Program-made: the position numbers and the translations under genes | Shown here: one piece after another, positions 37,522 to 47,544 of the stretch | How the letters are laid out: every line of letters begins with the position of its first letter | How positions within the stretch are numbered: the stretch's first letter is position 1 | DNA from: Octopus bimaculoides | Lineage: Eukaryota | Length of the DNA: 64,000 nucleotides | Direction: 5' to 3' | NCBI RefSeq assembly: GCF_001194135.2 | Contig: NC_068984.1 | Location: 86,979,241 to 87,043,240, forward strand | Notes under the pieces: generated by a model | What the model was told of the DNA's origin: nothing | What the model saw: only the letters and a program-made list of their open reading frames with translations | The model's database searches: none

Positions 37522-40511
37522 TACACATCATATACGCACACATACATACACATACATACATACACACATATATACGCATACCACATACACACACACACAC
37601 ATTATACTCTGTTTTAAATAAACTGAAAGGCAGCCTGTCCTTAATGTGGCTAATAATAGCAGTTATTAAACATACAAAACAGCCACTATTCTGATCACCT
37701 AATATGCCGCAAAGGGGGAAAAAGTTCTCTGCAGGAGGCGAGATTAGCTGATAGCACCTGACAACAAAACAAGGAAAAACAAAAATAACTCCGAGGTGGG
37801 TGGGAGGGAATTTTCGAGGTGCAAGTTGACTGGCAACCTGGGGCCCACTAAAATTGTTCCCAATAGGACCCCNNNNNNNNNNNNNNNNNNNNNNNNNNNN
37901 NNNNNNNNNNNNNNNNNNNNNNNNNNNNNNNNNNNNNNNNNNNNNNNNNNNNNNNNNNNNNNNNNNNNNNNNNNNNNNNNNNNNNNNNNNNNNNNNNNNN
38001 NNNNNNNNNNNNNNNNNNNNNNNNNNNNNNNNNNNNNNNNNNNNNNNNNNNNNNNNNNNNNNNNNNNNNNNNNNNNNNNGTAATTATAATCGTAATTTGT
38101 GTCATTTGAACGAAGTTTCTATAAAATGTCATTAATATATGTCTATTTCCCTGAAAGTTATGAGGGAAAAATTCGATCTTGTGAATTTTCCGAAAGTCCT
38201 CTCCCCATCACCCCACGTTGGTTTGCGCAATTTTTTTTTTTTTGTTTTTGCATATTCGTTTTCTACACAGTTTTTAACACCTAGCATGCTGGTTTCTTTT
38301 TTTGTTTTCGTTAACGTTGGCGGTTCTAAATAATAAATAGCGCAAAGAGGTAATTTGTATTTATTCTACCCTGTCTTTGTAGCATTTAGGGAAAAGGTAC
38401 GTTCTGCTATATAAGATCAGAAAATTTGTAGGAACATGAGACATCTTCAAGCTAGAAGTTAGTACCTTTTATTTGAAGACAGTAAATACTGGTCTTTTGC
38501 TCTACAGTTACAATTATAATCAACTTCTTTCACTGAAAAAGCTGTAAAAAGTTATATTTATGTGTATGTGTGTGTGTGTGTGTACGGGGTGACGGGAATG
38601 TGTGTGATAGGCACGATAGAACAAGAGGTAAGCTCTCAACTAGTTGAGACGGTGATCACGTTCAATCCTGGTTGAAGATATTTCACGTCCTTATGCAACT
38701 AATGATCTTGGGAAAAGTCCCAATGTCCACTAGAATATGAATCAAAAAGAAAAATATTACATTTGAGCATTAAAATTAATGTATCAAGCTAACGAGAAAT
38801 CATTATACGGTTACACGATCTGTTAGAAACAACAGTCCAATCTCCCTTAAATCACACCATACAGACATGCGAAAAGAATGATACACTAGGTACAACGTCG
38901 TCCTGGGACAGACACGGCTTAAACGTTATTTGAAGAGCCACTACATTATACGACACCTCACTACATTACACCTTTAACGACGGAGTCTCTATGCTTTCAA
39001 ACTCCGGCTGTCTGAAAACAGGGAAGGCAGGCAAAATACATCAACCAAAACAGTCCTAGATAACACAAAAACAGACGAGATTGTTACAGTTGGAATGCCT
39101 TTTGATTACAAGTTTGCTCAATAAGAGTTAAACTGGTGCTCAATAAACCACCACACACACACAATCAACAAAAGACCACAGGTCTGTGGATTGTTACTAT
39201 CTTTTGCTCGACCCACACTAACCTAGGATTAAGCATCAACTGGAAAGAATAAATGGCTAATCCAAACACCATAAACATTACATGTTAACAGATTAATGGG
39301 GTGAGTCGTAATTCATCGAAAGATNNNNNNNNNNNNNGGAAAGAATAAATGGCTAATCCAAACACCATAAACATTACATGTTAACAGATTAATGGGGTGA
39401 GTCGTAATTCATCGAAAGATGATAACCTGGAAAGTTAACAGCGTGAAAGATAATTGAGAAAAAGTGAATCCCAGTTGTATTAAAATAAAAAAGCCTTTTT
39501 AATAGAAATGCTAGTTTTCATTATTTTATTATAATGTGTACTAAGCAGGCATAAGTTACTTGGTACGCAGAATCTGCGCTCACAGTTTCAATTCCAAGTG
39601 AAAGTATTTCATTCACTTCACATCCAAACACATATTTCTCTTCCTTTAAATGTTCATGCCTATATGATGAGCAATAAATTTCCTCATATTAATTAGTCGA
39701 ATGTTTCAGTAAAATAGAACATAAACAGCAACTATTATTCTTAATTGAACACAGGCAAGTATATTTAAAGTCTTGCTCAGTGACGCCACATCACTTGATG
39801 AATGTTAAAATACAATGCTCCAATAAATCGAGTAGAATATAAATATTATAAACCAAAATGAATTCGAAAATCAATGAAAATATTTTAAAGGATAAAATCC
39901 CTACAAAAGGATGATCGAAGACATAGTAAAAAGGGTTTATAAATGTCCTTGGTATTAAAAGTGACCTTTCAATATGACAGCAGGGAATCTAACGAAGAGT
40001 TTGTACCATACTTATCTTCATATTTATTTCTAAGTAGAGTGCTACATTAAATATCACACTTGATAATAACATCAATACTAATCGGTAACTGAATTTAAAA
40101 ACAATTAGCGACTGTGCCACAAACTATCCAGTAACATGACTTTCATAAAAAAAACAGCAGTTTAAGCAAATCAGATTGTTTACTATCAGGAGTTTGTAGA
40201 AGGGAAGGTTATATTTTCTTTGTTATTCTTTACGTCATTTCAGTCTCTGAAAAACTAAATAAAACGGTTATCTTCGCATTAATATAGACTGAAGGATTGT
40301 GAAAAATATTTGTAAACATACCTTTTAACTGAACCTTCCGTTGTTCATAGATTGCTTTCAGGTAGAGGCGGTCTTTCTTCTGAAGACACTTATTCGAAAC
40401 GTATAGATTCCTAGTGTTTATATATGTGATTTTCAGTCGGCCTGATAAATGTCCAGAATGAGCCGTGCAACGAGACAATCGACACAATCTAACGCACATC
40501 CAGCTAAACAT
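1122..40511 (-). CDS. NT5DC3: 5'-nucleotidase domain-containing protein (NT5DC3/NT5DC2-like HAD hydrolase), 16 coding exons, 523 aa
   Basis: Manual splicing: join(40322-40511,31346-31521,30179-30253,29230-29285,26009-26099,21851-21919,19099-19155,17599-17659,16165-16267,15946-16047,14488-14572,12093-12179,10033-10086,4735-4821,4402-4466,1122-1335) = 1572 nt. All introns are GT-AG and phases match. HAD motifs FDYDYT, LITNS, KP and GDHVYSD plus C-terminal FGSVFRT...[10 protein letters not shown]...HTFYPRR match the NT5DC2/3 family as I recall it. NT5DC2 versus NT5DC3 cannot be resolved without a phylogeny. Confidence 0.93.
4402..4466 (-). CDS. NT5DC3: NT5DC exon 15 ([22 protein letters not shown])
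   Basis: TTTCAG acceptor, GTAAGG donor, phase 2. Confidence 0.88.
4735..4821 (-). CDS. NT5DC3: NT5DC exon 14 ([29 protein letters not shown])
   Basis: CTCAG acceptor, GTTGGT donor, 29 codons. Confidence 0.88.
5679..6525 (+). mobile_element. Tandem array of three family-A SINEs separated by (ATT)n (spans an N gap)
   Basis: Units start at ~5679, ~6063 and ~6313, each GGTG/GGCAG(TGAGCT)GGCAGAA...GAAAGGATTATT. Solitary copies at ~3680-3895 (-) and ~14225-14370 (+). Confidence 0.8.
6924..7224. mobile_element. pogo/Tigger-type MITE
   Basis: Imperfect ~30-bp TIRs CAGGTACTGAACCTCTTATCTGG / reverse complement CAGGTACTGAACTTCTAATTTGG; TA on the left, TG on the right; inserted in a (TAC/TAT)n tract. 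Confidence 0.75.
7385..7770 (+). repeat. Tandem pair of an abundant ~200-bp interspersed repeat
   Basis: Motif GAGATTTGGCTGCTATTTCTAG and GAGCAGACCT...CCAGCCATGACCATC recurs at ~690-840, 9520-9720 (-), 13030-13150, 17420-17530, 26270-26390 (-), 38815-38910 (-), 40670-40790 (-), 43730-43860 (-) and 48860-49030. Confidence 0.65.
8153..8445. repeat. Minisatellite, 3 x ~98 bp
   Basis: TTAGAC at 8153, 8250 and 8348; each unit has AAAATGGTAA...CCTTTTAAATATTT...CTGTGGATTGTGAGGT. Confidence 0.9.
8765..9269. mobile_element. pogo-type MITE or deleted DNA transposon
   Basis: TA|CAGTATTTAC...GTAAATACTG|TA: perfect 10-bp TIR with TA target-site duplication. Confidence 0.75.
10033..10086 (-). CDS. NT5DC3: NT5DC exon 13 ([18 protein letters not shown])
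   Basis: Family motif [12 protein letters not shown]; GTATGT donor. Confidence 0.95.
10553..11550 (-). mobile_element. Putative solo LTR (~1 kb)
   Basis: Inverted termini TGTAACAAAAG / TGTCACAAAAG; minus-strand TATAAATA (10998-11005) and AATAAA (10648-10653); no clear target-site duplication. Confidence 0.5.
12093..12179 (-). CDS. NT5DC3: NT5DC exon 12 ([29 protein letters not shown])
   Basis: HAD motif IV GDHxYSD; GTAAGT donor. Confidence 0.95.
14488..14572 (-). CDS. NT5DC3: NT5DC exon 11 ([28 protein letters not shown])
   Basis: TTGTAG acceptor, GTAAGC donor. Confidence 0.93.
15946..16047 (-). CDS. NT5DC3: NT5DC exon 10 ([34 protein letters not shown])
   Basis: HAD motif III KP; GTAAG donor. 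Confidence 0.95.
16165..16267 (-). CDS. NT5DC3: NT5DC exon 9 ([35 protein letters not shown])
   Basis: HAD motif II LITNS; GTGAGT donor. Confidence 0.93.
17599..17659 (-). CDS. NT5DC3: NT5DC exon 8 ([20 protein letters not shown])
   Basis: TATAG acceptor, GTAAGT donor, phase 1. Confidence 0.9.
19099..19155 (-). CDS. NT5DC3: NT5DC exon 7 ([19 protein letters not shown])
   Basis: TTTTAG acceptor, GTAAGT donor. Confidence 0.92.
19699..20833 (-). mobile_element. Putative solo LTR (1135 bp) in a (TA)n tract
   Basis: TGTA...TACA termini; CpG-richer than its surroundings; on the minus strand CCAAT (20629-20633), TATAAATA (20556-20563) and AATAAA (19764-19769) occur in U3-R-U5 order. Confidence 0.7.
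21735..21808 (-). pseudogene. Degenerate tRNA-like relic
   Basis: Minus-strand A box TGGCTCAGTTGGTAAAGCG and B-box-like GGCTCAAATCC; the anticodon arm does not pair. Confidence 0.45.
21851..21919 (-). CDS. NT5DC3: NT5DC exon 6 ([23 protein letters not shown])
   Basis: ATCAG acceptor, GTAAAA donor, 23 codons. Confidence 0.93.
22253..25300 (+). mobile_element. Degenerate non-LTR retrotransposon, R4/Dong-like clade (RT + CCHC + restriction-like endonuclease), internally deleted
   Basis: N-terminal [16 protein letters not shown]; RT motifs [27 protein letters not shown]; CQYC-x8-H-x4-C; ANKPD...CLLID endonuclease; IPVIVGALG...[11 protein letters not shown]. Many stops and frameshifts. Flanked 5' by (AAT)n(AGT)n and 3' by (AGT)n. 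Antisense in NT5DC intron 5. Confidence 0.88.
26009..26099 (-). CDS. NT5DC3: NT5DC exon 5 ([30 protein letters not shown])
   Basis: CAG acceptor, GTAAGT donor. Confidence 0.93.
27130..27560 (-). mobile_element. CR1/L2-like LINE 3' remnant
   Basis: Minus-strand segment resembling the RT-LWNSLP-x-FP-x-LQ-FK C-terminal motif; heavily decayed. Confidence 0.45.
27690..28560 (-). mobile_element. RTE-clade LINE fragment (APE endonuclease region), degenerate
   Basis: Minus-strand translation [25 protein letters not shown]..., [24 protein letters not shown]...SQIDFLLTR. It lies downstream of the RT fragment on the minus strand, so it is a separate copy. Confidence 0.75.
28941..29051. repeat. Perfect 34-bp inverted repeat (hairpin)
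   Basis: GGTTATAATACTCTTGTCTACTATGTCACTGAAG (28941-28974) is the exact reverse complement of 29018-29051. Confidence 0.97.
29230..29285 (-). CDS. NT5DC3: NT5DC exon 4 ([19 protein letters not shown])
   Basis: TTTTCAG acceptor, GTATGT donor. Confidence 0.93.
30179..30253 (-). CDS. NT5DC3: NT5DC exon 3 ([25 protein letters not shown])
   Basis: CAG acceptor, GTAAGT donor, 25 codons. Confidence 0.95.
31346..31521 (-). CDS. NT5DC3: NT5DC exon 2 ([18 protein letters not shown]...[10 protein letters not shown]...YNSK)
   Basis: TTTCAG acceptor, GTAATA donor, HAD motif I DxDxT. Confidence 0.95.
32690..33815 (-). mobile_element. RTE-clade LINE fragment (linker + RT domains), degenerate
   Basis: ORFs 33356-33814, 32911-33330 ([24 protein letters not shown]...[12 protein letters not shown]) and 32695-32907 ([12 protein letters not shown]...ELLCVDDL). 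Confidence 0.9.
34250..34510 (-). mobile_element. CR1/L2-like LINE 3' remnant
   Basis: Decayed similarity to the CR1-type ORF2 C-terminus, followed by a pyrimidine-rich tail. Confidence 0.35.
34825..35606. other. Assembly gap inside a (TA)n/(TATG)n microsatellite; other gaps at 5837-6035, 37873-38079, 39325-39337, 44747-45027 and 60415-60910
   Basis: Runs of N. Confidence 0.99.
36555..37793. repeat. Nested inverted repeat (outer ~190-bp arms plus tail-to-tail SINE pair)
   Basis: 36555-36742 is complementary to 37607-37793; RTE-type SINEs at 36918-37089 (+) and 37108-37440 (-) face each other. Confidence 0.8.
38090..38330 (+). repeat. Interspersed repeat family shared with 61090-61250 (+) and 63530-63610 (-)
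   Basis: Shared GAAAGTTATGAGG...CTTGTGAA and CATATTCGTTTTCTACAC motifs. Confidence 0.55.
40322..40511 (-). CDS. NT5DC3: NT5DC exon 1 ([14 protein letters not shown]...YEQRKVQLK), putative mitochondrial presequence
   Basis: ATG at 40511; donor G|GTATG at 40321; phase 1 matches exon 2; Arg/Leu/Ser-rich with no acidic residue in the first ~45 aa. Confidence 0.8.
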
Positions 40512-42234
40512 GATGCCTCAGAGGGTCGTGGAAAGAATAAGCGTCAAGTCAGAGCAACAACACTACGACGTGCTTGACTTGTTGGATAACCTCAATGTCG
40601 ATTTGAACGTTTACATGTTATTAAGCAAACACGTGTAAACTAACAGTCCAAAAACAAAAATTCATTTCAGAAACCAGAGAGCTTTTACCTAGTCACTCGA
40701 TCCAGTAGAAATAGAAGTCAAACCCTTCTCATATCCAACTCTGCCGTCTTAGGGGAAAAAGTAATATATCCAGTCTGGAGCTCCTGCGATCAAAGTACTG
40801 TTCAAAGGAAATAATAAATGAAAGCATCGGAGGATTTTTTTTCATCGTAATGTCACTGTAATAATTTCTTTGTTATCCTGAAGTAAACTTGAAGCCTTAT
40901 TTTTATATTTATTGTTTTTTGTCGCCATTTCGAGGGATTTTTTCTACTTTGTCTTATTTTACTTTATTTATAATGATTGTTTTTTTTCTCATGTCTATGT
41001 AGTTTTGTAATGTATGAAGTTGTATGTATCTTGTTTTAGTTTGTTGTTTATTAAACTCCAATGTCAGCTCAGATCCAGTTGTCCTTATGAGTAATAGCCC
41101 TCCAACTCTGGCCATTCCATTTTTTCGTCATCGAAGACTACTCATTGGAACCTTTTTTTTTTAATTCTTTCTTAAAGGCGGTTACTGTTGAGTGTAGGTT
41201 TGCCGGATCAATTTCATAAAAATGTAGCACAAAATCCTCAAATTGCAACTGTTTATATTAGTAAGTAGCTGAAAATGAAAGTTTTGTTAGTAAACTTATA
41301 CTTGGTTCAGCCATTGGACTATGGTCATGCTGGAGCACAGCCTTAAAGTGTTTAGTTGAGCAAATCACCTCAGTACCTTTACAAAAATTTTGTATAGTCT
41401 GGTACTACTTCTATTGCTTTCTTTTGCCGAACTACTAGGTTACGGGGATGTAAACAAAAACACCGGTTGTCTAACGGTGGGAGACGTCAAACACGTTAAT
41501 ATACACAGAGATACACTCATATGTACATACAACGGATTTTCACACAATTTCCACCTACCAGATTCTCTTACACAGCATTGGTAGGCCCGGGGCTATAGTA
41601 GAAGATACTTACCTAAGGTGCTGCGCTGTGGAACCGATTCCGAAATCACATGGTTACAAAGCGAGCTTCTTAATCACACATCCTGATGTATGTATTTGTA
41701 TTACGTAGTCGTGGGGAGCGTAGAGTCAACTCTTAATCACTATAATTTCTAGGATCATTCTGACCCGGAACAGTTATACCAGTCAGGGTCCCATCTATGG
41801 GTTAAATGGGTTTCCTAGGAGGCTCTCGTTATTTTTGCAATGCTGTTGGGAAGGCAGCTTCTGACATATAACTTGCAATCAAAATAGTACCAGTCATCTT
41901 GCAATGCTTATCACTGGTGACCGAGAGAGTGGTGAAAATGTTATACAAGCTTTTGTCACTTAAATCCAATGGCGTACAGATGTCTTGCTGTTATTCAATG
42001 TGAGATGGCTATCGTCTGACAAGATGAGGCAATCAGCATCATGTTATTGATGTCAGTGGGCAGTGATGAAAATGAGTTTTTGAAAGTAAAGTCTTACTAA
42101 AGAAGTATTTCTTCGACTGATAAATACTAGATCACCTTCAAATATACTAGTAGCATTATTTTGTCACCTCCCTCTTTATCATTGAGATGACGCTAGACTT
42201 TGCACCAATAACACTGTGTAACAACATTTTTTAT

Positions 42235-42720
42235 TGCTTTTTCTTTTAGTTTTTGGTCACTAAGTATTATTTCCTATTTGCTTCTATCTGGAAATCAAAG
42301 GAAATGATTACTGTTCCCTTTGAACTTTACTTTTGTGACCTGGGCATCAATGTTTTGAAATTGACTTATTTTCCATTACATTTCAGACAGATTCAACACC
42401 TGGTTGCTGAAGCAGAAATATCGTAGCAAGTATTCTGCTCCATACCACAGATTTGCTTGTTAGTTGTTTGACCGTAACCTCTTGAGCATGTCCCTTAGTG
42501 GCTGACAATATGTGCTTCTGTGATCAGGAGTAGTCGGAGAGCATCATAGCCATATGTTGAGAGAGATTCTTTGGGGTTTGAATAAATGTAACAAAAACAA
42601 AGTTTGAAGGAAGTATTAGCCATTTTTCATAGTTTCTAGGATTAACCAAATAGGAAATATCAGTTGCTACAAAAATTGTGTTATGCAATGTGCTTCTTTC
42701 TTTGTCATGGTGTTGGACAA
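42235..42720 (+). repeat. ~480-bp diverged direct repeat, partner at 45365-45830
   Basis: Collinear from TTTGGTCACTAAGT through CATAGTTTCTAGG in both places. Confidence 0.8.
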
Positions 42721-43190
42721 ATTAAAAAATTTGGAAAACATCTCAGTTTTATTAAGCATGATAATTTTTGTTGCCCTTTTCAATCTTCTGTTCTAAAGGG
42801 AGCCTGGTCCCTATTCCCATGAGAAACACTCTGCTAAGATCCAAAAAGACTGAGTAGGAAAAGGAGGCAGGTTAAATGCCACAAGCCCTCTTCCCATGAG
42901 CTGAAAAAGTTGGAGAATGCCTTTTATGTGTCACCAGCACTGACCACAATCACAATTTCACTTAGCTTGGACATGTCTTCTCAAGCACAGCAAATCACCA
43001 GAAGTCTCAGTCACTTGTTATCACCTCCATGAAACTTATATAATGAAATTAATGATATTGGACCTTGGTGCCTCATCATTATCAGTCATGCTACTGCTCA
43101 CTCATAACACAATGTCCTTCTCATATTCTAATTCTGACAAGGATTTTTAGGGGGCAGAATTTGTTTAAAATATAACTATTATATTTGGTT

Positions 43191-43417
43191 TATCCCTTTA
43201 GCCTTCAGATTTCTCTGTCAAATGTAATGCTTATTTATTCACATTGATAACAATTAATCATGCATTACCTTGTAGCTTTGGGATTTCAATGATGTGATCG
43301 TTTATTTTTAGGATAATATTGTAGGGTATGTGTGACAGGCAGATCTGGCCAGTTTGGAGATAAAACAGGTAGAATATTTTGGTTTGAATGTGACTAGTTT
43401 AAATGCTAAAAGGTTAA
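43191..43417. mobile_element. piggyBac-type MITE (second family), copy 1
   Basis: CCCTTTAGC...GCTAAAAGGTTAA termini; internal sequence shared with 52468-52690. Confidence 0.7.
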
Positions 43418-46400
43418 ATATTTTATTTCTTAGAAAAATTTCAACCTAAACTCTAAATTCCCATCCTCACCACATAGTACACCCTTATCATCTTCTATCC
43501 TCTTATGAGTTCACAATGTTCCTAACAGGTTAGAATTTACCTTTTTTTTCTGTTATCTAATGGCAGTCAAAAGTCCAGTTGGCTATGACCAGGTTCTTGA
43601 CCTCTATTGAATAATAGAATAAAAACACAAACAAGAGAGAACAAACAAAGTCACACTTGAAATTCTTAGAGCCTAAAATAATCTCTGCACATACCATCTT
43701 CATATTCTCATACTGCAAGCTAACAAGAGAGTCTGTGTATGGTCATTTGATCTGCTGGAAATGTAGCCAAATCTCCCTGAGATCACTCTTACTGTCTTAA
43801 GAAAGAAAGAAAAGTACATATTAGATAATGCAACTAGAGATGCCTTTCAAAGATAGGATCTTTTGTCTTTTACTTGTTTCAGTCATTAGACTGTGACCAT
43901 GCTTGGGGTACCACCTTGAATTTTAGTCAAACGAATTGATCAAAGCACTTATTATTTATTTAAGCCAGGTACTTATTCTGTTGGTCTCTTTTACTGAACC
44001 TTTAAGTTATGGGGATGTAAACACACCAACACCAGTTGTCAAGTGTTGGCAGGGGACAAACACAGACTTAAACACACATACATATGCGATGGGCTTCTTT
44101 CAGTTTCCATCTATCAAGTCCACTCACAAGGCTTTGGTCAGCCTGAGGCTATAGTAGAACTGGTCCAAAGGTGTCACACAGTCGCACTGAACCTGGAGCC
44201 ATTTGGTTGGGAAGCAAACTTCTTATCACTCAGCAATGCCTGCACCTATAGGATGGTCTCGATCAATAAATTTGCTTGATCAGCTTGACCTGGGGTTAAA
44301 CAACAACAGTTCAAATCAAATCCCCAAAATCTGGAAATTTTCTTAATTTTAATGACCAACAAAAAGTTAATCAAAGCAGCATCACACAAATCCATCATCC
44401 TCCCATGCACACCCTAAAAGATTTATCCTTGATGTCACCATCCCATACATCCTCTCCCTAACTTACTACATGGATCCAGGTCACAAAACTCAACCATGTT
44501 TTTCACAAACATTATACAAAGCATATGAAAGCCATAATTTTCTGTACAGAGTAACACAAGGCTCAATTGTCTTACCCATTCCCTGTAACTCACCTGAACT
44601 CAACTTGATAAAAAACCATGATCTTCTTCCATCAGTTTTCAGATGTAGTTGTTATTCAATGACTATAGCATTACATCAACCATTTTAGAAATTAGCTCAG
44701 ATAGTCTAAAACAAGCACCTGAAGACTAAAAGTGGCATTCAATGGANNNNNNNNNNNNNNNNNNNNNNNNNNNNNNNNNNNNNNNNNNNNNNNNNNNNNN
44801 NNNNNNNNNNNNNNNNNNNNNNNNNNNNNNNNNNNNNNNNNNNNNNNNNNNNNNNNNNNNNNNNNNNNNNNNNNNNNNNNNNNNNNNNNNNNNNNNNNNN
44901 NNNNNNNNNNNNNNNNNNNNNNNNNNNNNNNNNNNNNNNNNNNNNNNNNNNNNNNNNNNNNNNNNNNNNNNNNNNNNNNNNNNNNNNNNNNNNNNNNNNN
45001 NNNNNNNNNNNNNNNNNNNNNNNNNNNGATGTAGTTGTTATTCAATGACTATAGCATTACATCAACCATTTTAGAAATTAGCTCAGATAGTCTAAAACAA
45101 GCACCTGAAGACTAAAAGTGGCATTCAATGGACATCAAACCCAGTCAACCATCACACTTCACAACATAGAACACTACACAAAGAGAAGAGACACAAATGC
45201 TAGGGATTGCCTACATCACCTCTTCAATATTCATGGCACACATACAAAAAAATTGGCCCTTCATCACCACCTCAATAAACATAGCTCGAGAATACAAAGG
45301 CATCAGTAAACTCAATATAATTGATTTGTTGTTGGATTACCCTATATAACAAAAAAATTTCTACTTTTTTTTGTCTTTGGTCACTAAGTGTTATTTCCTA
45401 TTTGCTTCTATCTAGAAATCAAAGGACATGACTACTATTCCCTTCAAACTTTTCTTTTATGACCAGGACATCAATGTTTTGAAAGTGATCCATTTTTCCA
45501 TTACATTTCAGACAAATTCAGCATTGAGCTGCTGAAGTAGAAATATTATAGCAAATATTCTGCACAATACCAGATATGCTTGTCAGTTGCTTGACCTTTA
45601 TCACATGAGCATGCTCCTTCGTGTCTGACAATATGTGCATCTGTGATCATGAGCAAGAGTTGTGCGGAAGTATCAGAGCCATGTGTTCAGAGGGATACTT
45701 CGAGGTTTGAATAAATGTAACAAATGCAAAGTTTGAAGGAAATATTGGGCATATTTCATAGTTTCTAGGGTTAAGCAAATAAGAAATAAAAGTTGGTAAC
45801 CAATGACATAAATCATGTTACACAGTATTATCTTTGCTAAGACTTCACTTTCTTCTCTCAGAGAAAGTGACTGATCTTTTGTTACCAACATAGGTTCCAG
45901 AACTTCTTACTGTAGCTATTATACTTTCACTACCCCTTCTTCTCAACACTAATTAGATTACCTTATTAACAAAGCCTGAATATTATAGTAATCATTTCAT
46001 TTGGGTTTTGATTAGATCTGGCCGTCGTAGGATTTTCGAGCGAGATCGTTGCCAGTGCCCCTGGACTGGCTCTTGTGCGGGTGGCACATAAAATACACCA
46101 TTTTGAGCGTGGCCATTGCCAGTACCACCTGACTTTGTGCGGGTGACATGTAAAAGCACCCACTACACTCTCTGAGTGGTTGGCGTTAGGAAGGGCATCC
46201 AGCTGTAGAAACTCTGCCAAATCAGATTGGAGCCTGGTGTAGCCATCTGGTTTCACCAGTCCTCAGTCAAATCGTCCAACCCATGCTAGCATGGGAAGCG
46301 GACGTTAAACGATGATGATGATGATGGTGATTTCTAGTTGACTCCAACTAAATTTTGTGAGAAGTGATTTTTTTTATAGCAGATAAATTTGTTACTAATT

Positions 46401-47013
46401 ACTTGTATTCATCTTTTAACTATAGAAAGAATTAAATATGGAGAAAAGATTATAGTTATTTATTTAATAAACACCTAACACCAAATTTCCCAGATATATT
46501 ATGCAAAATATGACTAGTCGGTAATATTGATGTTTGTGTCAGTGTGTCACTACAAAAGTAACTACCACATAGATAATATGCTCATAATTGTGATGACAGA
46601 TAAGAAGCAAAGTTCCACTCTTGGCTGTGTGGTAAGAAGTTTGTTTCTCAACCATGTGGTTCAGAGTTCAATCCCATTGTGTGTCACTTTGGGCAAGTGT
46701 CTTTTACTATAACCCTTGGCCAACCAAAGTAAATTTGGTAGACAGAAACTGAAAGATGTCCATTGTGTGTGTGTGTGTATATGTATACATACCATCCTTA
46801 ATATCCTTTCTGTCAACACCTCAAATCTAAAACTTCTTCCCAGATGATGGAGGTTGGTATTATCCAGTGATGGAATCAATTTACAATCATTATTTTGGAT
46901 AACCAAGCCCCGAGAAACAGCTGTTGGACTCATAAAACTCTTACTCAACCCCTTTAATCTCTGATATTATTTCTATTCTGTGTAAGTCAGACCTTTTTAT
47001 ATGTAAACATTCA

Positions 47014-47414
47014 CTCTTTACTCTCTTTTACTTGTTTCAGTCATTTGACTGTGACCATGCTGGAGCACCGCCTTTTAGTTGAGCAAATCGACCCCAGGAC
47101 TTTTTCTTTAGAAGCCTAGTACTTATTCTTTCGGTCTCTTTTGCCGAACTGCTAAGTTATGGAGACATAAACACACCGCCATCAGTTGTTAAGCGATGCT
47201 GGGGCGGGGACAAACACAGACACACAAGCATATACACACACATACATACATATATAAGACAGGCTTCTTTCAGTTTCTATCTACCAAATCCACTCACAAT
47301 GCTTTGGTCGGCCTGAGGCTATAGTAGAAGACACTTGCCCAAGGTGCCACACAGTGGGAATGAACCTGGAACCATGTGGTTGGTAAGCAAGCTACTTACC
47401 ACACAGCCACTCCT
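47014..47414 (-). mobile_element. tRNA-derived SINE family B (near full length, internal (CA)/(TA) tract)
   Basis: Minus-strand head GGAGTGGCTGTGTGGTAAG...GGTTCATTCCC, tail GAAACAAGTAAAAGAG. Homologous copies at ~1460-1640, 2310-2440, 29356-29769, 34685-34790, 41300-41685, 43862-44248, 46620-46780, 55117-55330 and 56480-56840. Confidence 0.85.
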
Positions 47415-47544
47415 GCACTTATGATACATTTTTTGTATAAAATGTATTTAATATTTTTTGTATATCAACTTGCCTAACTTGCTTTCTTACATTTACTGCT
47501 CTACATGCTTATGCATGCATGTATGTATGTATGTATGGAGCGAC

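Noticed and set aside
39242-39424. Exact ~87-bp tandem duplication
   Set aside because: The copies sit on either side of a 13-N gap, typical of unmerged contig overlap; assembly artefact.
41830-42130. Minus-strand ILSDDSHLTLN...RHW resembling a mariner catalytic segment
   Set aside because: Too degenerate to support without an alignment search.
44470-44688. ORF with PCNSPELNLIK resembling Tc1/IS630 SPELNPIE
   Set aside because: Single short motif; the remaining DDE residues are not traceable and the region is broken by a gap.
44643-45131. Exact ~100-bp direct repeat
   Set aside because: It flanks an N gap with identical sequence on both sides; most likely a scaffolding artefact.
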